From: Lama guanicoe
Taxonomy: Eukaryota
Length of the DNA stretch: 64,000 nt
Direction: 5' to 3'
Assembly: GCA_013239625.1 (NCBI GenBank)
Contig: MU053475.1
Location: 24,516 to 88,515 of the forward strand
A program made the translations under genes and the position numbers. The notes below the pieces were generated by a model. It was given only the letters and a program-made list of their open reading frames with translations, searched no databases and was not told the DNA's origin. Of this stretch, positions 1 to 12,100 are shown in pieces; the first letter of the stretch is position 1; each line of letters begins with the position of its first letter.

Positions 1-23
1 TATATATATATATATATATATAT
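1..23. repeat. (TA)n microsatellite
   Basis: Read directly at the window start; TA-rich paralog at ~35460-35515. Confidence 0.85.
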
Positions 24-24
24 G

Positions 25-900
25 CACACACCCACATAAAAATACAATGGGTTATTACTCAGCTCTAAAAAGAATAAGTTCTTGTCATTTGCAGCAAATG
101 GGTAGACCAAGAAGGTAATAGGCTAAGTGAAATATCTCAGAAATTGAATGACAATTCTTGAATGATTTTACTTATAATTAGAATTTAAAACAAATGGACA
201 TAACAACACTGAAAAGCAAATATAGACATAGAAAGAAACAGGTTTTTCACAAGAAAGAGGGAAATGGGGTGAGGAAAAGAAAAAGTTGAGGATAATGAAG
301 AGAGAAAAATTTCCCGTTGCAAATAAAATGAGTCAGGGACAAGAAATTTACTGTATGGGGAGTAGTCAATAAGAATGAAATATCTTTAAATAGCGACATA
401 TCCTAACTAGATATATTCTGGTGATCAGTTGGAAATGTAATAAAAATAGCAAACAGTATGTTGTGTAAGAGAAACTAAGACAGTGTTGTAGATTAAAGTA
501 CACTTCAAAAACAAAGAAACATACTTATAGAAAAAATAGGTTTGTAGTTAACAGAGGCAGGGGTTGGTAAATGAGAATTTGATTAATACACTCGAAAGTT
601 CCAAATCTCCAGCCGTAAAATAAACGTGTTCTAGGGATGCCCCATAGTAACATGAAAATTATAATTATTACTGCTTTATGTTCTATATGAATGTTGATAA
701 AAGAGTAGACCATAAGTTTTCACATCACAACAAAAAGACAAATTGTATTTCTTTAAAATTGTATCTAAAAGAAATAATGAATTCTCCCTAAAGTTGCCAT
801 GATAGTTATTTCATGATACGTGTAAATCAAATCACTATCCTGTGCACCAAAACTTACACAATGTTTTATGCCAATTAAACCTCAATAAAAGCAAAAGGAA
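25..900 (+). mobile_element. Old LINE-1 3' end (ORF2 tail and 3'UTR)
   Basis: 'aatacaatgg..ttactcagc..aaaaagaat..tcatttgcagc' L1 motif, ending 'ctcaataaaagc'; paralog of ~35515-36370. Confidence 0.75.
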
Positions 901-2317
901 AAATGGAAATTCAATGGTCATTTATTCCCATGTCATTTCTCATGTTTGTTTTTGTAGCAAGTAAACTTGAGTCATGGTATACTTATCCTAGGTAAAGATA
1001 CTAAAAAATAAGCGATTCTAATAAATTATACATAAAGATAAAAATAAAATTAGTTTTACCATGCATTAAACTTTCTTCATGTAAACAGCCCACTGCTTCT
1101 GTAGGCATCAAAATTTCCCTGTGTGTATTCATCTGAGATTAGGGAATGGATACAAATTTAAAACTGGCTGCTCTTGCTGTGAGTGATAAAGTTCANNNNN
1201 NNNNNNNNNNNNNNNNNNNNNNNNNNNNNNNNNNNNNNNNNNNNNNNNNNNNNNNNNNNNNNNNNNNNNNNNNNNNNNNNNNNNNNNNNNNNNNNNNNNN
1301 NNNNNNNNNNNNNNNNNNNNNNNNNNNNNNNNNNNNNNNNNNNNNNNNNNNNNNNNNNNNNNNNNNNNNNNNNTCCACAACAACTTGCTCAAGTCCTGGG
1401 CAAAGAAGTGTAAAGGTTCTGCATTATTAGGACTGAAGACTGCTTTCAAAATGATGACTATGCTCACTCTATTCCAGCTAGTCCAAGGAAAGGAAGGTTA
1501 TTGCAATTTCTAGATAAACGGGAATAAGTCAGAGTTTCAGTCTCTATAAATTAGTCAACGGGTGTTCAAAGCCAAAATAAGTTGTGTCAACAATGAGAAT
1601 TTAAAGCAAAAATACTTAGACATAAGCTTAAATTAAAAAGGTGACAAAGTCCTGCACTGGGCTCTGGGGAATGGGGAATGTATATGCCTCTGTTCAATTC
1701 CAGGGTTCAGTGGCTCTTCCCTAGCATCAGCTCGAGATTCAATGAAAAGGTAACAATTAGTATTCTGGGAGAAATACAATCTACCTCTCCCTGATCTGAA
1801 GAAAATCTGGTGGCTCAATAAATCTCTTAATTCACAAAGAATCTGCCAGATGCAGGGGAATAATTCACTGATGATTCAAATAAGACAAACTTAGTTACTG
1901 CCTAACAATCCATCTTCACACAAACACACAGTGGTAGACAGATTTGTAGTATTTAGTGGGAAGAATTCAGTGGGCAGAGCTCAGAGAATAGTTTTCAATG
2001 CAACAGCCAACTTTTGTACTTTAGTCAATAGTCTAGCTTCTCCCAGGTAGAAAACTACAGATGGACAAACAAACAATATTCTCCTTTAGGATTTTTAATT
2101 TTGAAAGTAAACTGTAGCTTGTGACTTATCAGTATAGAACCTTGTTAAGATGTTCACGGTAAGACCCATTCTCTGATAAGAGAGCTGGAAACTTGCTGCT
2201 GAACCAGCCCATCTGAACCCCAGACTGCTAATGTAAGCAACAACATAGCCACCATCAGAGATGAGCTGACAAACTTAAAATCTTGATGTTTCTGTTGTAG
2301 GAACAACCACTGACCTC

Positions 2318-2920
2318 GTGTTTATTTCCAGCAGTTAATTTATATGCTTTTAACCCATAGGCAACAGTATCGTAGGTAACGGATTGTTTTTATGATCTCT
2401 TAACAATGTGTACTAAAATCAGTAACTTGTGCATAGTTACATACATCATTATTGTTTATATTTCTCATCAATCAAGACTAACCGTTCCCCATGAGCTAAC
2501 ATTATTGATTACTGTATTGTTCCTCTAGGCTAAGATTTGTGTATTGGTAACTCAGGTAATTGTCGCTAAGATCACTAACTTATGTAACTTGTGTATTGGT
2601 AACTCAGGTGATTGTTACTAAGATCACTAACTTGTGTGACCTGTATCTCTCTTTCCAGAAGCCCCTGTTCTTAATAACTCAATGGCATCAGGATGTTTTT
2701 CCGACTCCAAATGCACCTGCTGTTTTTCTAACAAAGGGGTGGCGGGACAGAGATTGTCTTTGCTCAGTCAGCCTTAGAGCCTAACGCCCCGCACTCTGGG
2801 AGTTTAGGCCCAGTTTCTGTGCTCGGCAGTCCCAACCTCAGAGCCTGGCGCCCCGCACTCTGGGAGTTTAGGCCCAGTTTCTGTGCTCGGCAGCCCTCAC
2901 GTCATGAGTGGCCCCCCGCA
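2318..2920 (-). mobile_element. Betaretrovirus/ERVK-like LTR fragment (U3 to AATAAA, no U5), unit A only
   Basis: Minus strand starts TGCGGGGGGC. It has internal direct repeats, a TATA box (CATATAAAT, 2338-2346) and AATAAA (2321-2326). It is absent from unit B (empty site 37755-37815). Confidence 0.75.
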
Positions 2921-4838
2921 AGAGATGAGCTGACAAACTTATAATCTTGATGTTTCTGTTGTAGGAACAACCACTGATCTCCAGACAGAGTTCTCCTGCT
3001 GCAAGTGGGCTCCTTTCTTCTCTTGGTAGAGGTCATATTGGTGGGATGTTGCTAGAGTTTACCCTGGCCAATTTGCCTATTCTCCAGATTATCAAAGGCT
3101 TTCTTCACAATTGGTGACACATATTAAGGACTCATATTTGCCATTCCAGTCCTATCAGATGACACTGGCTGCAAGATTGTGAGCAGAAGTCTTAGGTTCC
3201 CTGACGTTGATTACAAATTTTCCAGCATTTCACACTCTGAAAATGATTTACTTATTATTTTAGATTAATGGGAAATTGTCAAAGCCTTCCATGAATATTT
3301 TATATTTCATAATATCTGCAGAAATTTGGTGTTCTTGCATTCGGACACATTTTTTATTCTACCACCCACACCTCCTTCTAGTCCACACATTATAGATTGC
3401 AATTTGGTTACTGAATACCACCACCATAACCAAGGGGCTAGTACCTCTTAGATACTTCCATTGTGAAGGTTAGAAGGGGCACAAATTATGTGGTGTGTAT
3501 AAACATATATTAAATGTTTGCAATGACACTTTCTCTTCTGGAAATTCTAAGAAGTAAATTAATTAAAGGCAGTATAGTTATTGGTATGGGGAAGAGAATC
3601 AGCTATTTTGGGGTGGGTGGGTGATTAAGAGACAGGAAAAAAATCCAGCAAATGAGAATGAAATGCTTTAGGCCTCTGGAGGCATGAATTAAGAAGAGAA
3701 TAATATCTGTATCTTGTACCTACCTCCATTACTGTCTTGAGTGACTAGTCCTTGGTCTATGAAAAGAGCTAGTTTGTGGTGAAGAGTAAAGACTGTAATT
3801 AAATAGTTTGAAAACCATGAAAGTTTTGTTGTTTCAGGAAAGTAGATTTTGCTTAAAGTCAACATGTATTTCTCATTGACTAAGTATCAAAATGCATCCC
3901 GTGGCATGTGCTGTGCTTACTGTGCTGGTATCCAAGTTAGACAAGGAAAGGGGGATAGACAGGAAACATCTGGAAGAGGTGGTTTCTGTGCTGAGACTCG
4001 GAAAGTCTAAGTAGGTAATACGAGGACACCCAAAATCCAAGGATGAAAGCAAAAGTGTTTGCAGCTGAAATTGTTGACAATCATTTGCCTGGATATATCT
4101 CCAGATACAGTGCAACTTAAAGATATGCCAAGGTAATCAGATGCCAGATTTATAAAGAAATGACTAAACTAATTTGAGCTTGTGTGCTTAGATTTAGATA
4201 TTAAATGCCACCCTGAAGACATAAGCATTACTTTCACTGGAAGATAAATGCAACATAAACTATTGACTAGAAAATATAGTGTAGACTCTTGAGGGCAGGA
4301 AATGAAAGCACCAATTAGAATGCTTTGATAACAGCACAAAGAAGACCATAGATAAAATTACTTCTTAAATTCTACCACATGCTGAATGTGCCATCTGAGA
4401 CTACATCATATCCAGGGATGACATAATAGAGACAATGATCCCTGGGCTGGTTCCTGCATTTACCTCCTGTTGCAACCTATCCTAACTTAACACTTTTAAT
4501 ACTTTCCACGATGAACCAGAAACCATTTAGTACTTTTCCCTCTCTCCATATTTTAGTGTTTTTCCAAATTCTTCCATTTCTCTTCTTTCTTACAAGAAAG
4601 CACTAAAACTTACTCCCATTATTTTCCATCAAATGATCATATCAATCAAATATCTTTTTTTAAATGGTATCTTTTTCTCCCGTTTAACTCTTAACTCTAT
4701 TTAAAAAGAAAATAAATAAAATGAAGGTACACAACTATGTTAATTTTTCAAATAAGAAATTTGCAGATATTTGTCAACATTTTCCAACAACAATTTTAAT
4801 CTTTTTTATTCTACATAATATGATAGTCCTCTGGCAGA

Positions 4839-6481
4839 TAAGTTGTAATTAGGATGACGTTTATAAACTGAAGATGGCTGATGAGTTGGCCTTGAAAGAG
4901 AGGTGGCTGATGTATCAGCTCTCACTGGCACGGGAAACCGTGCGTTGCCCCCTAGCTGAAGTTTAGAAAAACGACCTTCATTGGCAGATATGTTGTGATA
5001 TCTATTTGGAAAATTAGAAGGTTCCACCATCAGTCCAAAATAATTGCTCTGTATGGAGGACAAGGTGCTGTCCTGGAAATAGAAGTTATAGTTGTAATGA
5101 AGTTCACAACACGGCCATTTGCTTCAGTGTAGCTGCTTTGAGAGTGCCCGTGGACAGTGGTCAACCAATTTAAAAGAGCACTTTGATACACTGCAATTTG
5201 TTCTGGTGGTCTAAATGACATTGATGATGGAGGAGAAATATCACCTCTGATCAGGGTAGTGGTATCTCCAATTATGTGGCTAGTTGAGGGCTTTCTTATT
5301 AGAGGCATGTTTAAATTTGCAGAATGTAAAAATGCACTTTCACCACTAGTGTCAGCCACAAAAACAGAATTATAATTATCCACATTACCCCCTCCTTTAA
5401 AGTGATTCTTTTTGAAATCTTCAACCAATGAAGATAGCAGAGAGGCATTTGTAATCGCAACCCTTCTTTTTATTCTCACAAAAAGTGGGAGAAAGCCTCA
5501 TTTAAAATTTGGATTTTGATAGAACTGCAGCTAAAATCAACGGAGAAATATTTTAGTAATATTTTAAACCAAAATACAATAAGCGTAATGTATAAAACCT
5601 CTGATTTCATTGTTTACTATGCACAGCTGACGATATTTTGATATTCCTTATTTGGAAAATACACACTTTAAAAGTATAGACATCAAATTTAAGAAGTTAG
5701 CATTTGCAGTAATTGTGAATGCCAATTTTCAAAAGCAGCTTTAATACATTTATTTAGATTTCTGGTAAGATTCATAGTTGCAAGCAAAGTTTCTTACAAT
5801 CTTGAATACTTATGGCACTGTCCTGTTTTTTTAGAAAAAATAAAGGATTTAAATTTGGAGTTTTATACAATTATCAAAATCTAGCTTTACATTTATATTA
5901 CCATAAATTGTTATATAAAATAAACTTCTATATATAAGTTAACATGTGGTAACTAAAATTACTGAATATGTTGCTTAAAACAGAGACTTCTTTTCTTTTG
6001 CCAGAAAGTCAGCTAGACAGGCAGATCTTTGAAAATTCTGCTGCACTTTACTAAACCCATAAAGGTTAAGAAGTCTAAGTAAACTTTTCATACTTCCAGT
6101 TTCAAATATTATAGAAAGGGTATTTTTTTCCAAAACTTCCTTCTAAAAGACATCTTCATCAATCACTATGGAAGTTCCATTATCATCCCACCAGATGGAT
6201 TTAAATTGGTCACTCCCAGCCATTTTTGAGGGTTTCATTAGAAATGTCAGAGAACAAAAATCATTATCTTCATCTGGTTCAGAGACACAAAGTGTGTAAC
6301 ATGGTCTTTTTATCAAGGATTCTTCAGACAAAGTCTGAAAAGCAATTTCTTCAATCATAGACTTCAAATCCAAGTCCCCAGAGAATGCTTGATCACACAA
6401 TAGAGATCTACCGGATTTTCCTGAACCAGTTGGTCCATCTTTATGAGACACATCTTGAATTTCTGAAGAAATATGTGCCAT
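4839..6481 (-). pseudogene. HSFY: HSFY pseudogene, copy A (exon 1 6481-5970, intron 5969-5531, exon 2 5530-4839)
   Basis: MAHISSEIQDVS...DQFKSIWWDDNGTSIVIDEDVF...LNLYGFSK...FYQNPNFK is an HSF DNA-binding domain of the HSFY type. Lesions relative to copy B: TAG at 6143-6145, 1-nt deletion near 5990, donor GT>AT at 5969, TGA at 5498-5500, 1-nt deletion near 5075, terminal TGA>TTA at 4839-4841. Confidence 0.95.
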
Positions 6482-6611
6482 TTCAAGTAACTTTTTCTAC
6501 AGGCACTATTCAAATCTGCATAATTTTGAGCACTGCAGCTTCAAATGCTGCTTTGGCAGGCCTGCACAGATAAACTGCTAGGCCATCACAATACTTCTCA
6601 CCCTGAGAAGC

Positions 6612-6645
6612 TGTGACATCACAAAATGCCTGATCTCCTAGAAAC
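6612..6645. promoter_or_regulatory. Putative HSFY promoter, copy A: CRE-like palindrome plus degraded RFX X-box
   Basis: TGTGACATCACA at 6612-6623, 131 bp upstream of the ATG; ATCTCCTAGAAAC at 6633-6645. Confidence 0.5.
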
Positions 6646-7899
6646 TCAAGTGTAACATTCAGCCAGTGTTTACTTCTCATTCCTCCAGTGTTTACTTCTC
6701 ATTCATCCAGTTAAATTGAAATATAGAGGATGCTTATTTTTATAGTGTTATCTGCAAATATCATCCCCACAAAATCTTTTTAAATAATTTAATTTGGTGA
6801 CTGTGAAATAAAACCAATCTCCATTCTTTTATACAGAAATTTGTACCTGATTTTTGAACAGAGTACAAATAATGCCAAAAATATATAAAATAAATTTTAA
6901 ATTTTGGAATTTAAAGTGAAATTTGTGTAAAACCTGTTCAGAGAATTTATAACTATTTTATTATAATTTGTAATTAAAGTGAAACATAATTTGATTTGGA
7001 AATGGAAGTAGGTATTTATCTGTGTACTTTACAATAAGTAGCTCTATATTCAAAACATGGGCAGAATAAATATCAGTTTATCTGGTATGTTTATAAATAA
7101 ATGGTAAATATTTCTGAAATAAAATGAGATTAATATAATCAATCAAATTTAAGAAATCCCAAAGGGGGGAATTTTTGTTTTAAAATCTAATTCAGTGCTA
7201 TAATTAAAACAATTGTAATTTAATATTCTACTTTAAAATTACAAAAGAGCCAACCTTATTGTGTATTTACAAATTTTTATTTTTGCCATTCTTTCACTCA
7301 GAGGTTTTTCAGTCCTTAGAAGAAATAAATTTTCTTGTCATCTTTATAATCCATACTCTTCTGGCTTCTGTTATGTGTTCCAAAATGATGTTGATGAATA
7401 AACTTATGCACAAGATCCTGGGTTCTATAAGCATTGACTCCATAAAGGGGAAACAAACAAACAATCAAAAAACAAAGCAATAACATTATATGTTGGTTGG
7501 GGTGAAAAAGACCACATTATGCATTCTAGGAAGTATTATGTTTCTCAGTCCTGAAACAGTTGGCATTGTTAGCAAAATATGGCATTTTGAGGCAATTGAT
7601 TTGTTCACTAATTGTAAAAAATAGCTATATTTTGTATCACTTAACTGTAGTAAGTCAAGTTCTACCAAAATTTATATTAGGTATTTAGAAATAAATTCGA
7701 TTAAGGATAAGCCAAATTCAAAATGAGAGATAAATTTTAAATAAATAAATGTAAACTCAAGCCACAATGTAAATTTTTCCTTCAGAATGTGTATATTCCA
7801 TTCTAAATCAACATTAGCAACATGAAATCTTGCATTATATAAATATTAGAAACTATAGTTAAGTTGCATTTAGTCCTGATTCATAAATATTATTTAATG

Positions 7900-9135
7900 T
7901 ATGCAAATCAATATATGTCATACCATCCCTTAAAATACAGAGAATTCAAAAATAAAAATCCAAAATATGTAGGAAAATTATTGACAGATCTGATCTTAAT
8001 TATTTATAAAAATATTCTTAACAAATTCACTTTAGGTAGAATGTAACTAAACATAATAAAAGCTATTTATGAAAAACCCATGACTGTCATTATGTTCAAT
8101 GTAAACATACAGGTAGGTTTTTCTCTGGTCCAGTAACAAGAAAAAGCAGCTCATTCTCACTTGTCCTAAATTACACTACAAGAAGTCCTAGCCAGAACAA
8201 CTAGTCAATACAAAATATAAAATGTATCCAACTTGCAAAAAAGCAGTAAATTTTTTACAATTGACATAATTATACATAGATGGAAAAGTCCATATACTCC
8301 TCCAGTGACTGCTAGAAAAAATGAACAAACTTAGTAAACTTGCAGAATACAAAATCAATATACAAATATCCTTTGCATTTTTATATAGTAACAACAGATT
8401 ATCAGAAAGGGAAATTAGGAGAACAATTGTGTATATATTTATACAAAAAAGAATAAAATAGGAATACACTTGATAAGTGAAATAAAAGAAATAAACATAG
8501 ATCAGTAAATTGCAGGGGCAAGAAATATAAGTAAACAAAATAATTAGAAAGATATTCTGTGCTTATGGATTGTATAAAATGTGAGGAACTATTCTAATCT
8601 ATCTTTTACATGTTCAATCACCCCAGCACTACTTATTGAGGAGAAAGTCTTTTCTTTTATTCATTTTCTTTATACACTTGCTTCGTTTTTCATGGATTAA
8701 TTGATCAGACGTGTGAGGGATTATATCTGGTTGCTCTACTCTCTTCTATTGATTGGCTTAAGCTTTTGAGCCAGTATCATGTTGTTTAAATTACTAAAGT
8801 TTGTAGGGCTGTTTGACATCATAGAAATTTACACCATTAGATTTAATACACTTTTTTCAATTTTTTTTGCAACTCATGATCTTTGGAATACATATAAATT
8901 TTGAAATTATCTGTTCTATTAAATGGAAAATCTCATGGGTGTTTTGACATGAATCACATGAAATGTAGATTGCTTTGTGTAGTATGGTTGTTTCAACCAA
9001 ATTGTTTCACATCATTAACATAAGAGATCTTTTCATTTCTTTGGATCAGTTTTAATTTCCTTCAACGATGTTTTCTATTTTTTAAAGTAAAAGTTTTCTC
9101 CTTATTTGTTAACTTCATTTCTAGGTATTCTTTAC
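7900..9135. mobile_element. Old L1 ORF2 fragments (plus ~7900-8575, minus ~8590-9135)
   Basis: 'gcagaatacaaaatcaatatacaaat' on plus; L1 antisense motifs after 8590; paralog at ~42770-43985. Confidence 0.7.
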
Positions 9136-9169
9136 ATATATATATAATTATATATATTTTATTTGTAAA

Positions 9170-12100
9170 CACGTTTCGTATGCAAATACTAGTGGCTGAA
9201 GGCAGTGACAAGACATATTCAAAGTCCTGAATGAAAGAAAGCTGTAATCGAAGATAATTTATCAAGCAAGGCTACCTTTTAGGATAGAAGGAGAGATAAA
9301 TAACTTCCACAAAAGCAAATACTAAAAGAATTTTGCAACAGAAAAAGAAATAATGAAAGGTTTACCCTAAAAAAAAAAAAGAAGAAGGATACTACAGAAG
9401 GGAGAAAGGCATAATTAGAAAGGCAATAGAAGCAATGACTTACAACAGATTAAAAATGATGTTGTAAAACAGGACATGAAAATTTTTAAGGGTCAGAAAG
9501 TGAAACAGGACAATACAGAGTATTTTCTTCTTGTTTTGTTCTCTGTAGAATGGGATAGAGTTTGTATTCCTATCAGTTAAAATACACAAATATAGTAACA
9601 GGTCAATATACATGCAAAACATGATAACCATAAATCAACAGCTTACAATGAAGTCACAAAGTCAAAACGAAACCAACATAATAAAAGAAAACTTATCAAG
9701 CCACAAAAAGAAAAACAAATGAACAAAAAGGAAATACCAAATCAACTGGAAAAAGAAGTTCAAAATGGAAATAAACAACCATCTCCGAATAATTGTTATA
9801 AATGTTAATACACTAAGTGGTTCAATCAAAAGATATATATTGTCAGGTGGGATAATATAACAAGACCCTACATTATGAAGCATACAAGAGACCCACTTTA
9901 GGAAGAGGAACACACATCAATTGAAATTCAGAAGATGGAAAAATATATTCCATGCAAATGGGCATGACAAGAAAGCAGGACTAGCAGTATTGACTTCACA
10001 CAAAATAGACTTTACACCAAAGGCCATAGAGAAATATAAACAGGGTCATGCTATAATGATTAAAGAAGCAATACAAAATGAAGGTATTATACTCATTAAG
10101 ATATATGCACTCAATATAGGAGCACCTTAATACACAAAGCAAATACTAATAGATAAAAATGGGAGAAATCGATGGGAACACAATCACAGAAGTAGACTAT
10201 GACTCCCCATTACCATTACTAGACTGGGCTTTCAGAAAGAAAGTTAACAATGGAACAAAGATACTAAATGTTACGAAAAAATAATTGATTTTGGTTGATA
10301 TTTTCAAAACAGTACTTCTCCCCAAAACAATTTCAAAACATCTCCCAAAAACAGAATATAAATTCTTTTCCAGTGCACATTTAATATTTTCTAGGAAAGA
10401 TTATGTACTCAGTCACAGAAGAAGCCTCAACAGCTTTAAGAAGATAAAAATAATTTCAAGCATCATTTCTGAGTATAATACCATGAAACTAGAAATCAAT
10501 CACAGGAAAACAGGGAGAAAAAATGACAGTGTGTAGATTAAACAACATGGTACTAAAATAAGGGGGGAGGTGAAGAAGTAAAAGAAGAAATGAAAAAAAA
10601 AACTTGAGAAATATGACAAAACACTAATCAAAGTCTATGGAATACAGTTAAAGAAGGCTTAAGAGGGAAGTTCAGAGTGACAAGTCCCTCCTCAAATAGA
10701 AGAGCAATTTCAAATAAATAATCTAACGTTCTATGCAAACTAATCATGAAAAGAAGAGTAAACAAAATCAAAAGTCAGCAGAAAGAGGGAAATAAGAAAG
10801 ATAAAGGAAGAAAGAATTGAAATACGAATTAAAAAATAGAAAAAAATTATTCAAACTCTTTTTTGAAATAGTAAACAAAATTGACAAAACTCTGGACAGG
10901 CTCACCAACAAGAAAAGAGAAAGAACACAAATAACATAAGAAATGAAAATGGAGAAACTACAAAGAGTACAATAAATTTGCATAATATCATAAGGGAATA
11001 CCATGAAAAACTGCATGGAAACAAACTGAATAACCAAGAAGACATGGAGAAGTTTCTGGGAACATTAGCCAACCATTATTGCATCGAGAAGAAATTGACC
11101 ATTTGAACAGACAGATCACCAGAAATGGAATAGCATTATCAATAAAAAAAAAATCTCTGAAAAAATTTCAGACCCAAATAACTTCACTGTGGAATTTGAC
11201 CAAACATACAAAGAAAAATCCATACCAGTCTTCCTCAATCTCTTCCAAAAGATTGATATGGAGAGAGTACTCCCAAACTCACACCATAAGGCCATCAACA
11301 TGGTATCAAAACCAGACAAAGACACTTCCCCAAGAGAAAATTTTAGGCCAATATCATTGATAAAACTAGATGTAAATGTCCTTAAGAAACTATTGAAAAA
11401 CAGAATCCAACAGCATGTAAAAAAAGATCATTCACCATGGTCAAGTTACGTTCATCCAGGAACACAAGGATGGTTTAACATATGCAAATCAATCAATCAA
11501 TTGTGATACACCGTATCAACAACAGAGAGGACAAAAAACCACCTATTCATCTCAGTAGATGCAGAGAAAGTATTTGATAAAATTTAACTCCTATTTGCAA
11601 TAAAAGCTCTTATCACAGTGGAAATAGAGGGACCATATCTCAACATAATGAAAGCTATTATTGACAAACATATAGCCAGCAAAATACTCAGTGGTGAAAA
11701 ACTGAAACCCTTCCCACAAAAACCTGAGACAAGTCAAGGATGTCCATTCTCACAATTTCAATTCAATATAGTCTTGGAAGTCCTAGCCACAATGATCAGG
11801 CAAGAAAAAGAAGTAAAATTTTCAGACTGTAAAAGAAGAGGTAAAATTGTCACGATATGCAGACATGACACTATATATAGAAAAGTGTAAAAGCTTCACA
11901 AAAATTTACTTAGGCTGAAAAAGGAACTGGACAAGGTACCAATAGTAATGTACAAAAACCAATTACATTTCTTTACACTAACATTGAATCAACAGGAAAA
12001 CAAAGTATAGAAGCAACCGCTCCTATAACTGCACCCAAAACTATAAAATGCTTAAGAATAAATCTGACCAAAGTGGTGAATGGCTTATACATGGAGAACA

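Noticed and set aside
2785..2893. CRISPR-like repeat-spacer-repeat
   Set aside because: Only two copies, eukaryotic context, and explained by LTR U3 repeats.
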